Positions 45,345-57,146 of a DNA stretch of 64,000 bases are shown piece after piece (position 1 is the stretch's first letter; every line of letters begins with the position of its first letter). The translations under genes were made by a program, and so were the position numbers. Origin of the DNA: Eledone cirrhosa (Eukaryota); NCBI GenBank assembly GCA_964016885.1, contig OZ024742.1, forward strand, positions 323,454,001-323,518,000, written 5' to 3'. The notes under the pieces are model-generated. The model had not been told where the DNA came from. It was given only the letters and a program-made list of their open reading frames with translations, and ran no database searches.

Positions 45345-46657
45345 CACCTCTTGGCAGTACTTTCATGATTTATCAAAGAACTGATGGTGTGAATATTTGT
45401 TCAGCTGTGTTGCATCCAAAGTGAAAACCGCAGTGTTCAACAATATCCCTACATCACCTTAGCAGACACGTAGCATTGACTTTACCGTGGAGGGTTAACA
45501 AGATCCCTCTATAATTGGAGCAATCTCTCTTGGCTCCCTTTTTGAAAATTAGGATTAACAACCCCAATTGCTAAGGTGCCTTTCTAGAGATCCAGGTCAT
45601 CTGGCACATACAAGTGAGCCAGAGAATACCTTCTCTGAGGCCTTTAACATCTCAAGCCAAATTTCATCCTTCTCAGTGTCTTACCATATTTGATCTCTTT
45701 AATTGCTTTTGTGACCCCGTGTACATCAGAATATACTGGTGACTGGGTTTAGATCAGCAAAGTATTCTCTCCAACTTGCAAGGATGCTCCATGCTGAAGA
45801 GAGGAGAACCCCAGATATGTTCCTGATAGTAGGTGTGGAGGAAGACTTATTATGAAGTCGGTGGTTGGTCAGCCAGAACTCTTTATATGTTGATCTGAAG
45901 TTGGATTCCATCTTAACTCCAAAGTTCTCCCATGTCTTAACTTTGAATGCCTTTTATTTTTAAATTGAAAATAGCTACCATGTGATTTTTAATATATTTT
46001 TTATGTATTCATAATATATTAAAGAATTCAAAAGTTGCTGGCCTTGTGCTTAAATTAGAAATCCTTATTACTATTATCTATATCACTCCTGTTACCATTA
46101 ACCCTTTTGATACTAAGCGACCCACAACTGCCTGTTTCTATTTCTAAAAAAAATCCACCCATTGTAAAGGGTTTTTATTTAAATTACTGTCTTCCAACAA
46201 AGTTTGATATAAGAATCTTTTAAGCTATGTTATAAATGTATATATGGGCCTAAAACTCCTGCTGGAGTTATGACATATGTATTTTGGGCATTATAAAACC
46301 TGGTGGAACCCATCCCCTCTCCAAATCTGAATATAACTGATTTCTTTCTGAGAAGGAGAGTGAGGGAGAAAGAAAGCAAAAAAGATACGGAGGAACAATC
46401 AACACCAGTATTGGATTCGTATTTTTTTTTCTGTCAAACTTGAAAGAAAGGACAAAAGGTAAAGTTGACCTCAGCAGAATTTGAATTCACAGTGAGGAAT
46501 TCAAAGAGCAGGAATGAATACTGCAATGTGTTCTAATGACTGTCAATTTGTCACCTATGTCATAAATACCATCTTAATAATTATAATAAATCTCTCAAAA
46601 TTCTTCACTAATTAATTGAAATAGTCATGAAAAGGTAATCACTTTCTCTTTCAATGC

Positions 46658-46830
46658 TATCCCTTACTTTAACATTGGATATGACCATATATACATTATC
46701 CTCTCTTTCTCTATATCCCTTACTTTAACATTGGATATGACCATATATACATTATCCTCTATTTCTCTATATCCCTTACTTTAACATTGGATATGACTAT
46801 ATATACATTATCCTCTCTTTCTCTATATCC
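46658..46830. repeat. 56-bp tandem repeat x3
   Basis: cccttactttaacattggatatgac.. starts at 46661, 46717, 46773. Confidence 0.92.
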
Positions 46831-47289
46831 CATCACATTTAAACTATAATAAAGTAAGGAGCGCGGGACTGCGTACGGTTTATAATTTTATATCCCATTA
46901 GTAAAATAAGTTGCATTGCTTTGAATAAATAATGAATGAATATTACATAATTTATCTACTAAATTTCGTGGCTGTTGATTAAATATATTTTGTTTGTTTA
47001 AAGATTAAACTTCTTTAAAATTTCTGAATTGTCAACACTTCCGGTTGGCCATCGCTTAAATAAACATACTAATTTTCTCCTAATGCAGTTTATATATATA
47101 TCGTCCTTTTTAATGTATCATGAATTACATTACTGATTAAATAAGACAGTGTAATGCAGTCTTTGTTCAATTTCTATGTATTATATATTGTCAATTACGA
47201 TTTTATTTGATGTATATACCTGCGTATAATATCAATATGCACACTACACATGCTAGCTAAAGCCACCCAAAGGGTGGTTTTTCTGCTAG
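46820..47289 (+). mobile_element. Non-autonomous Helitron
   Basis: 3' hairpin gccaccc-aaa-gggtggt (47262-47278) then CTAG|T (47286-47290); 5' end approximate. Confidence 0.65.
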
Positions 47290-47292
47290 TAT

Positions 47293-47426
47293 ATAATAAT
47301 AATAATAATAATAATAATGAAATAATTGTGTACAGTGCTCAGGTGCACTACAACTCATCAAAGGTGCATGTATAGTACATAGAATAATGTACAAATGTCA
47401 GGAAAATGAACAGTGTATGAGTCATG

Positions 47427-47459
<33 letters not shown>

Positions 47460-48620
47460 AATATTGTGTACAGTGCCCAGGTGCCCCACAACTCATCAAA
47501 AAGTGCATGTACAGTACATAGGGCAATGCACAAACATCAGGAAAATGAACAGTGCACGAGTCATGATACACACGTGTGCATGCGTATGGAAGGGGTACAT
47601 CAGGTGTAGTTTTGGCGTATTTCGGGAAGCATGAGTGTCTTAAAGGATGCAGTGTCTCGGCAGCTAATAACTGACGCAGGTAGTTTGTTCCATGCTTCAG
47701 CAACTCTGAGCGTGAAAAAATGTCTACAAAAGTCATGGGAGCTGTGCTGCTTTCTGATTTTGTAGGCATGTCCACGTGTGTTAGACACATGGAGATCAAA
47801 AAGGTGCTTAGGGTTGCAATTGGCGAGATGGTTAATAACTTTGTGGGTATTTACCAAGTCCATTGCCAGACGTCGGAGCTTCAATGAATCCATGCCCAGG
47901 GAAGCAAGGCGTTCAGAGTATGGTAAGTGTCTGATGGAGGGTATGCGCTTGGTTGCACGCCTCTGAACAGTTTCCAGGAGGTCAATGTTCTGAGCAAGAT
48001 AGGGAGAGCGGCTAACAAAGGTCTTGCTGAGTGATGCCAAGACACCCTCGGCCTTCTTGACAATCTTAGAGACATGCTTTGTCCAACGCAAATCGCTGCT
48101 GACAGTAATGCCCAGGTCACGTTCACAAGAGGACTTCTTGATATCAGTGTTGTGGAGGGAGTATGTAGACGCTGGATTTTTCCTCCCAAAATGCATTGTG
48201 GTACACTTGTCCACAGCCAGCTTCAGTTGCCAGTCTGTGATCCATTGCTGCATTGTGTCCAGGTCTGATTGTAGAAGAGAGTTGTAAATTTCAGGATCAG
48301 TCCTTTTGATTTCAAGGTACAGCTTGACGTCATCTGCATATTTCAGTACCATGGCATTCTGTAACTTGGCATCTATGTCATTAATATATGCCACAAACAA
48401 AAGGGGACCAAGAACAGATCCCTGTGGTACACCAGATGACATCTCATATGGTGAAGAATGCTGTCCTAGAACCGTGACTACTTCCTTTCGGCTGAGAATG
48501 AAGGATTTCAACCAGTCGAAAAGATCATCCCTCACACCCATTGCAGAGAGTTTTGCCATAAGTCTTTTGTGTGGCATAGAATTAAAAGCCTTCGCAAAGT
48601 CAAGGTAAACAACATTCATA
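47293..48620 (-). mobile_element. 5'-truncated CR1-type LINE with duplicated 3' end and (ATT)n tails
   Basis: ORF 47600-48655: YLDFAKAF, GVPQGSVLGPLLF, KYADD, ERDLG, VQRRATK, FFTLRVAEAWNKLP. Confidence 0.9.
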
Positions 48621-48642
48621 TTCAACACCATCACTGTTAACT

Positions 48643-48766
48643 GACCTGAGTTCAAATCCCGCCGAGGTTAACTTTGCCTTTCATCCTTATGGGGGTCGAT
48701 AAAATAAAGTACCAGTAATGTACTGGGTAATTGCTGGCCTTGTGCCAATAGTAGAAACAATTATTA
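48643..48766 (+). mobile_element. 5'-truncated Meta-like SINE
   Basis: B box gagttcaaatcc through ggccttgtgccaatagtagaaacaattattat. Confidence 0.85.
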
Positions 48767-49712
48767 TCACTCAATCTCTCTTATGACACTTCTCTAATGG
48801 TATCTTGTCAAGTTGTTCATGCTGTTTTCCTACGTAGCCCCATTCACACCACTCTTCCTTTCCTTGCACCCCTATCACTATTTCTCCTCTTCACACTAAA
48901 ATCATACTTGATTGCTTATCAACACGTGCTCATCAGGCCAATTCAAATTACCCTGTCACTCACATTTGCATTGATAAAATGGAAGCTACACAGATCGGTT
49001 TATTTAGCCATGCAGTAGACAAGACAACCCCTCTAGTGTTAGTGCAATGGGAAAATGCACCCAGTGATTGAAATTGGTAGACAGAAATTGGAAAACCACT
49101 GCATGTGTATATCACAATGACTATGCTTATGTCTTGCTTAACCCTTTAGCAATTACTCTATATATACTATTGTATTTTCATGGTAAATGCTTTAACTCAC
49201 ATAATTATCTCACATAATATCGAATCTGAGATTTTGAAAGTATTTATTTTGAGAACAATATCTTAACATCAGTTTGAGTGACCAGTTACAGCCAGTTTCA
49301 ACAGAAAAAGGTAGAGAATTCTGGCCGGTTTGAACATTAAAGGGTTAAACAATATGTTCTGCTGCTCAATAATTCAACATGCAAAAATTAGTAGATTATA
49401 CAGAAACAAGTAGGGGCTGGAATCAGGAAAGGTATCCAATCATAGAAAACGGCCTCATCTAACCCATGCCAGCATGAAAAAGCATATGTGAAAACAATGA
49501 TGAGCTGATTGATATTAGGAAGGGTATCAAACTAAAAACCATGCCAAAATATGAAATGTATGAGCAAAATGTGATCCTTCTGACCTCATCTAGTCTCAGA
49601 CCTTGATAACCTATCCAACTGATGCCAACAGACGTATGATGATATTGATTTAGGAAACCAGGATTAAAGAAAGAAAATTGAAAGCTTGTTAACAAATTAA
49701 AAAATAAAAGAC

Positions 49713-49718
49713 TTTATT
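49713..49718 (-). terminator. Candidate polyadenylation signal of EIF2B5
   Basis: AATAAA on minus strand 20 nt after the stop codon. Confidence 0.5.
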
Positions 49719-49737
49719 TCTTTGAAGTAATCTGATT

Positions 49738-49791
49738 TTATTCTGAATCTTCTTCTTCAGCTTGCTCCAACCAGTTGATGTATTTCTCAGC
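49738..49791 (-). CDS. EIF2B5: EIF2B5 last exon
   Basis: atatag|AEKYINWLEQAEEEDSE*. Confidence 0.9.
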   Translation of the reverse strand, partial: AEKYINWLEQAEEEDSE

Positions 49792-51254
49792 CTATATTCA
49801 TAAAGAAAATATAAAATAATGAAAATATATAGTCAAACACTGTATACACAAAATGGTAACTAAGGGACATGTGCATGCATGTGTAACTATGTATGTACCT
49901 CCTGTGGTTATTGTTAGGGCGAGTCTAAAAATCTACTTGACTAAAATACCTCCAAAACAGCCACTATACTATCCATATATACTCCATGAGCAAGGCTTGC
50001 AAACGAGCAGAAAAACCACTTCTATGACGTCCTCCTGCAGACTACCTCAATGATAAATGACAGTGATCTTGTCATTGCAGCAGTCAACTTCAATGGACAT
50101 GTTGGGAAACACCATGATGGATTTCCTGGCATACATGGAAGCTATGATTATGATACAAGAAATGAGGAGAGGTCTAGGGTCCTAGAGTTCTGCGATGCTC
50201 TCAACCTAACCATCTGCAACATAAACTTCAGGAAACCAGTCAGTCAACTGATCACTTACCAATCAGGTGGACACTGAATCCAAATAGACTTAATTCTTAC
50301 CAGGAAAAGAAACAGGCAAATGATTGTAAATGCCAAGTCCTTTCCTGAGGAAGAATGTACTTCTCAACATAGATTGTTAGTGCCCTTAGAGTAAGGGCTA
50401 GCTGAACTAAAAGACAAAAGCAAAGACTAAATAAGGTATACATAAAGCATTTCTCACCCTTTTCCAGATGTTTCTGTGAGTCACTTGATCTAAAGCTGGT
50501 TCCTTTTTGTGCCATTGAATAATAGCTGTTTCATCAAGGACATCATCATCATAGAGGATGCTTAAGATATTTGGGAAGATATTAGCTATCTGAGAATTCT
50601 GAACTGCAGATTCCTAAAATATGAGGAAAAAAGAAAAATAAAGAGAGAATTAAAATGATGATGATGATAATTTCTAACAGAGATTCAAGGCCAGAAATTT
50701 AGACGGGGGAGGGTTCAGGACAATTTTCTATCTTTTGTATATGGGTGACCTCATATTGTAAACTGTAAATGATTAACAATTAGAAACAAAGCTACAAACA
50801 GTACATGGATTTACTAAATGAATTGCTATGGCATAAAAATATCACAGTACCTTTTCTGTCATTCGATCACTATTATAATAATAGTGACTTTTCTCTAAGA
50901 TACAAGGTCACAATTTAAATGTAGAGCTAGTAAAGTCAATCAAATCAACTCTAGTACATGACAGGTACTTTGGAAGGATGAATGCAAATACTTTAAGGCA
51001 AGTTAAAACTTATAGTCCAGTGTACTATCATTGCTACCTCTTCCACAATAATAATAATAATAATAATAATTGTTTCTACTTTTGGCACAAGGCCAGCAAT
51101 TACACAGTACATTACTGGTACTTTATTTTATCGACCCCGTAAGGATGAAAGGCAAAGTTAACCTCGGCGGGATTTGAACTAAGACGGTAAAGGAACGTAA
51201 CTATGCTGGAAAGTATGGTGTCTGACTCTACTGATACTGCCAATCCACCACCCT

Positions 51255-51288
<34 letters not shown>

Positions 51289-54200
51289 TTTTCTTTATTA
51301 ACCACAAGGGTTTACATAAAGTAGACATTAAGGACAGTACAGGACAATACAGGACGGTACAAATGGGCATTTCTGCGTGTAAAAAAAACAGAGGATGAAA
51401 TAAAATAACAAAGAAAAATTCCCCAATAGGGGGGAGACTTCCGAGGGACATTTGTGGAGAAAGCCCATTAAAAGACCACAGTGGCCCTGACCACCAGGGC
51501 AAGTGCCCTCTCCCAGTTTTCCACCTTTAATTTACAGACACATACTCAGAGAAGGCCCATTCATTCGGGCCATACTTGCTTCTCTCACCCATCTTTCAAC
51601 AAAATGCTGGGAAGAGAGCACTTCCCTCTCTACCCTGATTTTCCTTTTCAGATGAAATTTGAAAAAGTTAATCAGGGCATCACCGAAGAGGTAAGTGCTC
51701 GTCTTCAGCCCTTTCAAACGTGTCCACCATACTATCTCTTTCGCCATGGCCACCAGACAGATAAAAACTGCCTGCCCTTCCCGGCTAAAGGAAGATGGCG
51801 GGGCAATCCTCACGATGGACTCAGCTGATAGCTGGATCCGTCCTACACGTGACTGCAGGTGTTCGACATAAACCCACAAGTCAGCAATGCTCGGACACTG
51901 GACGAGTGCGTGCAGGACGGTTTCGTCGCCCTGTGCGCATCTCGGACATGCCCGGCTGACGGCACCTCCATGCCTGTAAAGTTTATCCCGAACTGCCAGG
52001 CCAGGGATTTCTGGAAGTTGTCCATAGGCCCCGGCCCGAAAGTCCTTCCGAAGAGATTGGCTAGTTGATTTTCGTCGACGCCTAGAGTTTCTCCAAGTAC
52101 GTCGTCGCTCTTCCCCTCCACTAATCCCCTATAGAACGCCAAGGTGGAGTTTCCACCGATCACATTGTCCGATTGGTCGAGGGCTGTGAGCGCCTGAAGA
52201 CATTCCAGTCTCCAAGCGCTCCCTCTCGGTCTTCGCTTGACCCAGGACTGCAGCTCCGTCAAGGAGACGAGTTGGGGAAAAACGTGTCTAGCAAACGGCG
52301 ACCACACCTGATCACCGTCGAGGAAGAGGTGGAGATGTCGTAGCCTGAGCGCGTGTCTGCGCATCATCAGCCACGGCATGCCCAGCCCTCCACGTAGCGG
52401 GTGTTGACAGCAGATGGACCGCCTGACCATCGGAGCGCGTCCCTTCCACAAGAAGCGAAAGAGCAAACGCTCCAGCGCAGTCAGGCGGGGCTTAGGACAA
52501 GATACGACGGTCAGGCGGTAGTAGATGACGGACGCGATGTACGCGTTCGCCACCTCCGCTCGACCTTTCCTGGATAGCTTCCTCTCGGCCCATTTCTGGG
52601 TGAGAGAAGCCACCCTGCTCATCACCTCGTCCCAGTTTTTGTCCGTCTGGAGGTCTGGACCGAACCAGACCCCTAGCAATTTAACCGGTCCGTCCGTCCA
52701 GCGCCCGACGACGCTGTTGGACGGCATGGACCTCCCTCTCCAGGTGCCGAGCTGCAGGCCCACTGACTTTTCCTGGTTGATCATTGCTCCTGTCACCGCT
52801 TTGTATTCTCTTAGTGTAGTGCCGATCGCCTCGATGTGTTTGGCGTTCGACACCACTACGGTGACATCGTCTGCATATGCTGACACGGATCTTCCGCATC
52901 CTAGTTCGCGCGGGATCCCCCTCAACGTCTCCAGTTTGTGCAGTAATGGCTCGAGAGTCAATACGTACAATAGGGACGAGAGGAGACATCCTTGGCGGAC
53001 CGAGCGCATGATGTTGAACGGTTCCGAAAGGTGACCGTTCACTCCCACTACAGAGCAGATGTTGCTGTGCATGGCAGCGATCCAGCCTCTGAAGACGGGC
53101 CCAAAGCCAGCCGCCCTCAGGACTGCCGCTAGGTAACGATGGTCGACCCTATCGAAGGCTTTCGACTGATCTAAATTGATCAAAAGACCCACCCGTGCCA
53201 GGTTCCCTAGCTACCCTCTCTACGATGTATTGCATGAGGTGGAGGTTGTCGTGGATGGATCTGTCGGGAATGGCGCATGTCTGTGCCTCTCCCACCAGAC
53301 CACCAACGACAAGCGCCAACCTCTTTGCTAGCACCTTGGCCAAAATCTTGAACTCTGTTTAGCAGAGTTATGGGCCTAAAATTATCTATGTTATCCCCCT
53401 TGTTCGGATCCTTTCTCAGCAGCGCCACCGCTCCTCGGCTCACAGAGCTGGGAATTCTCCCGTTCTGTTGCCAGTTGCAGTAGACGTCCGCCAAGAGGCC
53501 TCCGAACAAGTTTGGCATTTGTACGTAAAGTTCATAGGGCAGACCATCCAAACCAGGCGATTTACCCCTTGTGCAACTAGTCATTGCATCCCGTACTTCA
53601 GCGGTTGTTATCGGCTTTTCGCAACACTCCGCCTCAGTGGCCGAAAGCCGCGGCAGTCCGTCGAGGTAGACACTAAAGTCCATCCCTCGATCCGGCCCGC
53701 CACTGCTCCCGAACAGTTGAGCGAAGTGTCGCTGAAAAGCTTCACACATTTGCCCGGGATCGAGTAGCATGCGCCCATCGTGGTCCACCAAAGACCGGAT
53801 CGTGGCTTTGTTGCCACGACGCGCCTCCGCCACTCGGGCCCATTGAACGGCTTTCGTCCCCTAGCTCTGACAACGCAGCCTTCGTGCTTTGCATTGAAGA
53901 ATTGGTCAAGGGCCAATTTCGCCGCAAGTACGTCGGTCGCGATGCCTTTGCTAAGCGCCTCATCTAATTTTCTAACTAATTCTCCCTCTGCTCTATTTTT
54001 CTCTATTGCTAAAGTCTTACTAAACCTAATGGACTCTATTCTAATTGCTCTTTTCAGAGCAAACCACCACTTGTTGTTGACGATGGCCCCCGTCAACGCC
54101 CGCTTAACTAGTTCGCTAATCCGGTCTCTGTAGGCCTTGCGCGCTGGTAAGGACGCGTTTAGCTTCCAGTAGCCGGGTCCTCGTCTATGAAGCCTATCTA

Positions 54201-57111
54201 AGTCAAGCACACAGATCACGAATTTGTGGTCCGTGTAGCTGACTATCTTGAATTGTGGACAGCCTATGCTAGACCTATCTATTTCCCTACAAATTACTCT
54301 ATCTAGATATGATCTGGATGACCCTATACGATTTGTCCAAGTCCACATTGGTACATTCGGGAAATCCATTCGGTACCTGTCAGACAGTTCAAAACGTCTG
54401 AGCAGGTTGGTGAGACTCTTGCACCCTCCTTCCCTATCCACTAATCCCACACAATCCCAGCGTGCATCTAAGATCCCGTTCCAGTCGCCCACTAACACTA
54501 AAGAGCGGGACGTTCCAAGAAAGGTCTCCAGACGCCGGAAGAAATCAGGCCGCCCTGCTCCTGTCGGGGCATAGACGGCCACTAACCTGAAAGCTTGCCC
54601 GTCTCCGCTGGTCACGTCCAGCACCACCAACTTACCTTCTGGGTCCAGGAAGATGGCCCGTATGGCAAGATCCAAACCTCTCCGAAAAAGCACAGCAACT
54701 CCTCCCCCCGATCCCGGACGGCTGGGAGATGCGTACACATCGTAGCCGCCGAAGATCGGTGCGAAAGCCTGTGCTTCGGAGATTCTGGTCTCGCTGATGG
54801 CCACTACATCTATGTTTAGTGACCTGAGGTCGTTGAGCAGGTGGCCCTGCTTCCATGACGACCCCAAGCCACGCGCATTTATGCTGCCTATTCTGAGTGA
54901 GGTCATGTTGAAAAGGAGTGGAAAAGATGGGAAAGACCACTTACCTTACTTCTCGTAGGGGAAGGACGGTTTTTCCATCCTTTTCACTGCTTGTGGCCTC
55001 CTCAGGAAGGATGTCCTTATAAATCCTCCTGGAGAGTGCTTGTCGGAAGTCTCCGATGTCTTTGGGGAATTTTTGTTTTAGTGTCATGTACGTTTTCTGT
55101 GTGATGCGAGTGATTTGTATGTGTGGAGGTGGTGTGAATTTTGGGGTTGTTGTGTAGTCTTTTTCTGTGATGCTGGTGTTGTGTTGGATGTAGTGTAATA
55201 ATTGCTTGTTGTTCAAATTTAATACTGTGTAGTGTGTATCGTTTTGGTTTTGTTTTGTTTGCGTTTGTTGTGGGTTTGTTTCTGTTTCGCATTTTGGTGA
55301 CTTTTGTGGTGTAGGTGATGATGGTGTTGGGGTTAATGATGGTGATGGTGTTGGTGTTTGGGTTGATGGGGTTGGTGATGCTGGTGTGGATGGTGGTATA
55401 TCTGTCCTAACTTTTTTGTTTCTTAATTTATTTGTTTCCCTCTGTATTTTGTTTTTGGAGGGGGAAGGAAGAGAATTTTTTCTTTTTTGGTTTCTTTTTT
55501 TTTTTCCGGATATCGTTTCCCACTCCTCGTCGTCACAATCTGTCTCCAGTTGTGATAGGCCGGGGAGTGGAAAATCCTCCACAGGCGTTAGTTTTGGTTG
55601 TGGCGTGGTGGATGGTGTAGGCACTGGTGCTAGTTCTGAAGCGTTGGGTGGTGGTGGTGTTGGTTTTGCTGGTGGTGGTGGTGGTGTTGGTTTTGCTACT
55701 GTTGCTGGGGTTGTTGCTGTTATAGTTGCTTCTGTTGTTGCTGCTACAGTTGTTGCTGCCATCTCTGCTACCGGTGGTGTTGATGGTTGTGTCACTGGGG
55801 TGGGTAGGAGAGGTGACCTCAACCTTTTAGCCTGAGGGCAGAAAGCCCTTAGGTGGGTTCCTTCACCACAAACGACACATCTAGGTCTTCTTGCCCTCGA
55901 CAATTACCGTGAGGTGGCTGCCGTCAGTGAGGTCTATTACCTCTGGGATCTCCTCAATGCTTTTTTGGTCCGCTTGGATCAGGAGCTCCATCCCAGATCC
56001 GGACCAGTTCTCCTGCTTTTCTTTTGCTATTGCTATTATTTTTGTGTTGGCTTCGATGCCGGCGAGGACGGTCGCTATTAGCCAGGGAATTTCGATGGCC
56101 GGTGGAACGTGGGTCACCCTGATCTTTACGAGTCTCTGGCCACAATAGCTTGGGACGAGTGTGAAGTCGTCACTTCTTAATGGGGCCATGGAGTGTTCTC
56201 TAGCCTCCTCTGGTGTTTCAAAGAACACGTCCACGGTTCCATACTTTTGCCCACGTCTGATGTGGGTTTTTCTTGCCCACACATGTCCCAAAGCTTTTTG
56301 GATTTGGGACTCGGATGCCCGTTCCACTCGGCGCGATTTTACATTTATTGCTCGATACGACACGGTGCATAGGCGCCGATGATCCATTTTATTAGGTGGG
56401 GGGTGAGGCTGACCCTGTACCCATCTTTCTTTACCATTTGTTTGGCATTTTCTAAATCCTCCTGAGTTACTGTAAATGCTTCGAACTGTTTTGCTACTCT
56501 GGTGAAACTGAGGGTGGTTTTTATAATGTCATTGTTGTTGTTGTTGCTATCGTTATTTGTGTTAATATTAATTTTAGTTTCAGTTGTGGTGGTGGTGACG
56601 TCAGTCGTCTTTGGTGGGGAAGAGTCCATTTTGCTTGATTTCATTTCGACATCACGAGTTAATTTATTTTTTTCTTCTTTTGTTTCTGTTGTCGCGGTGG
56701 TGGTGGTGGTGGAGGCTTTAACACCTGCAGTCATTGGTAATGGCAGGAAATGAATGTCTGCCTGAGACAAATTTAAAATATTGCTATTGCTTATATTTTT
56801 TTTTGTGTTGGCAAACGTAGTAACATTTACAATGGTGGTGTTGGTGTGAGGTGTTAATTTGTGAGGAAGGCTTTCAGCTGCTTGGTGCAGAGGTGAATTA
56901 GCCATTTTTTTTCAAAGAAATTTTTTGATAATAATAAAAGTTTAAATTTTGGGCACAAGGCCCCAATCTTTTTGGGTGTCCTTTTCGGAAAACAATGTAT
57001 GTGCGCTTATATATGGTTAACAATAAAAATTTTCCATAAATGGCAATTTTTAACAAACGGAAATAAACCTTTGCCGAGCTCACGATGATACGATTTACTA
57101 CGTAGGTCGGC

Positions 57112-57146
<35 letters not shown>

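Larger units (their letters stand above)
51287..57111 (-). mobile_element. Full-length Tx1/L1-clade LINE (ORF1 with CCHC knuckle; ORF2 APE-RT-CCHC), frameshifted, flanked by (ATT)n
   Basis: ORF1 pieces 56345-56905, 55881-56387, 54941-55903 (CVVCGEGTHLRAFC); ORF2 from 54906 (SINARGL, ISET, VYAP, GDWN, YLDR, TDH; KSPGLDG; LDQSKAFDRVDH, RQGC, AYADD; CPRCAQGDETVLHALVQC); AATAAA at 51294-51299. Confidence 0.93.

Noticed and set aside
52525-56753. Multiple + strand ORFs of 70-170 aa
   Set aside because: Antisense shadows of the GC-richer Tx1 ORFs
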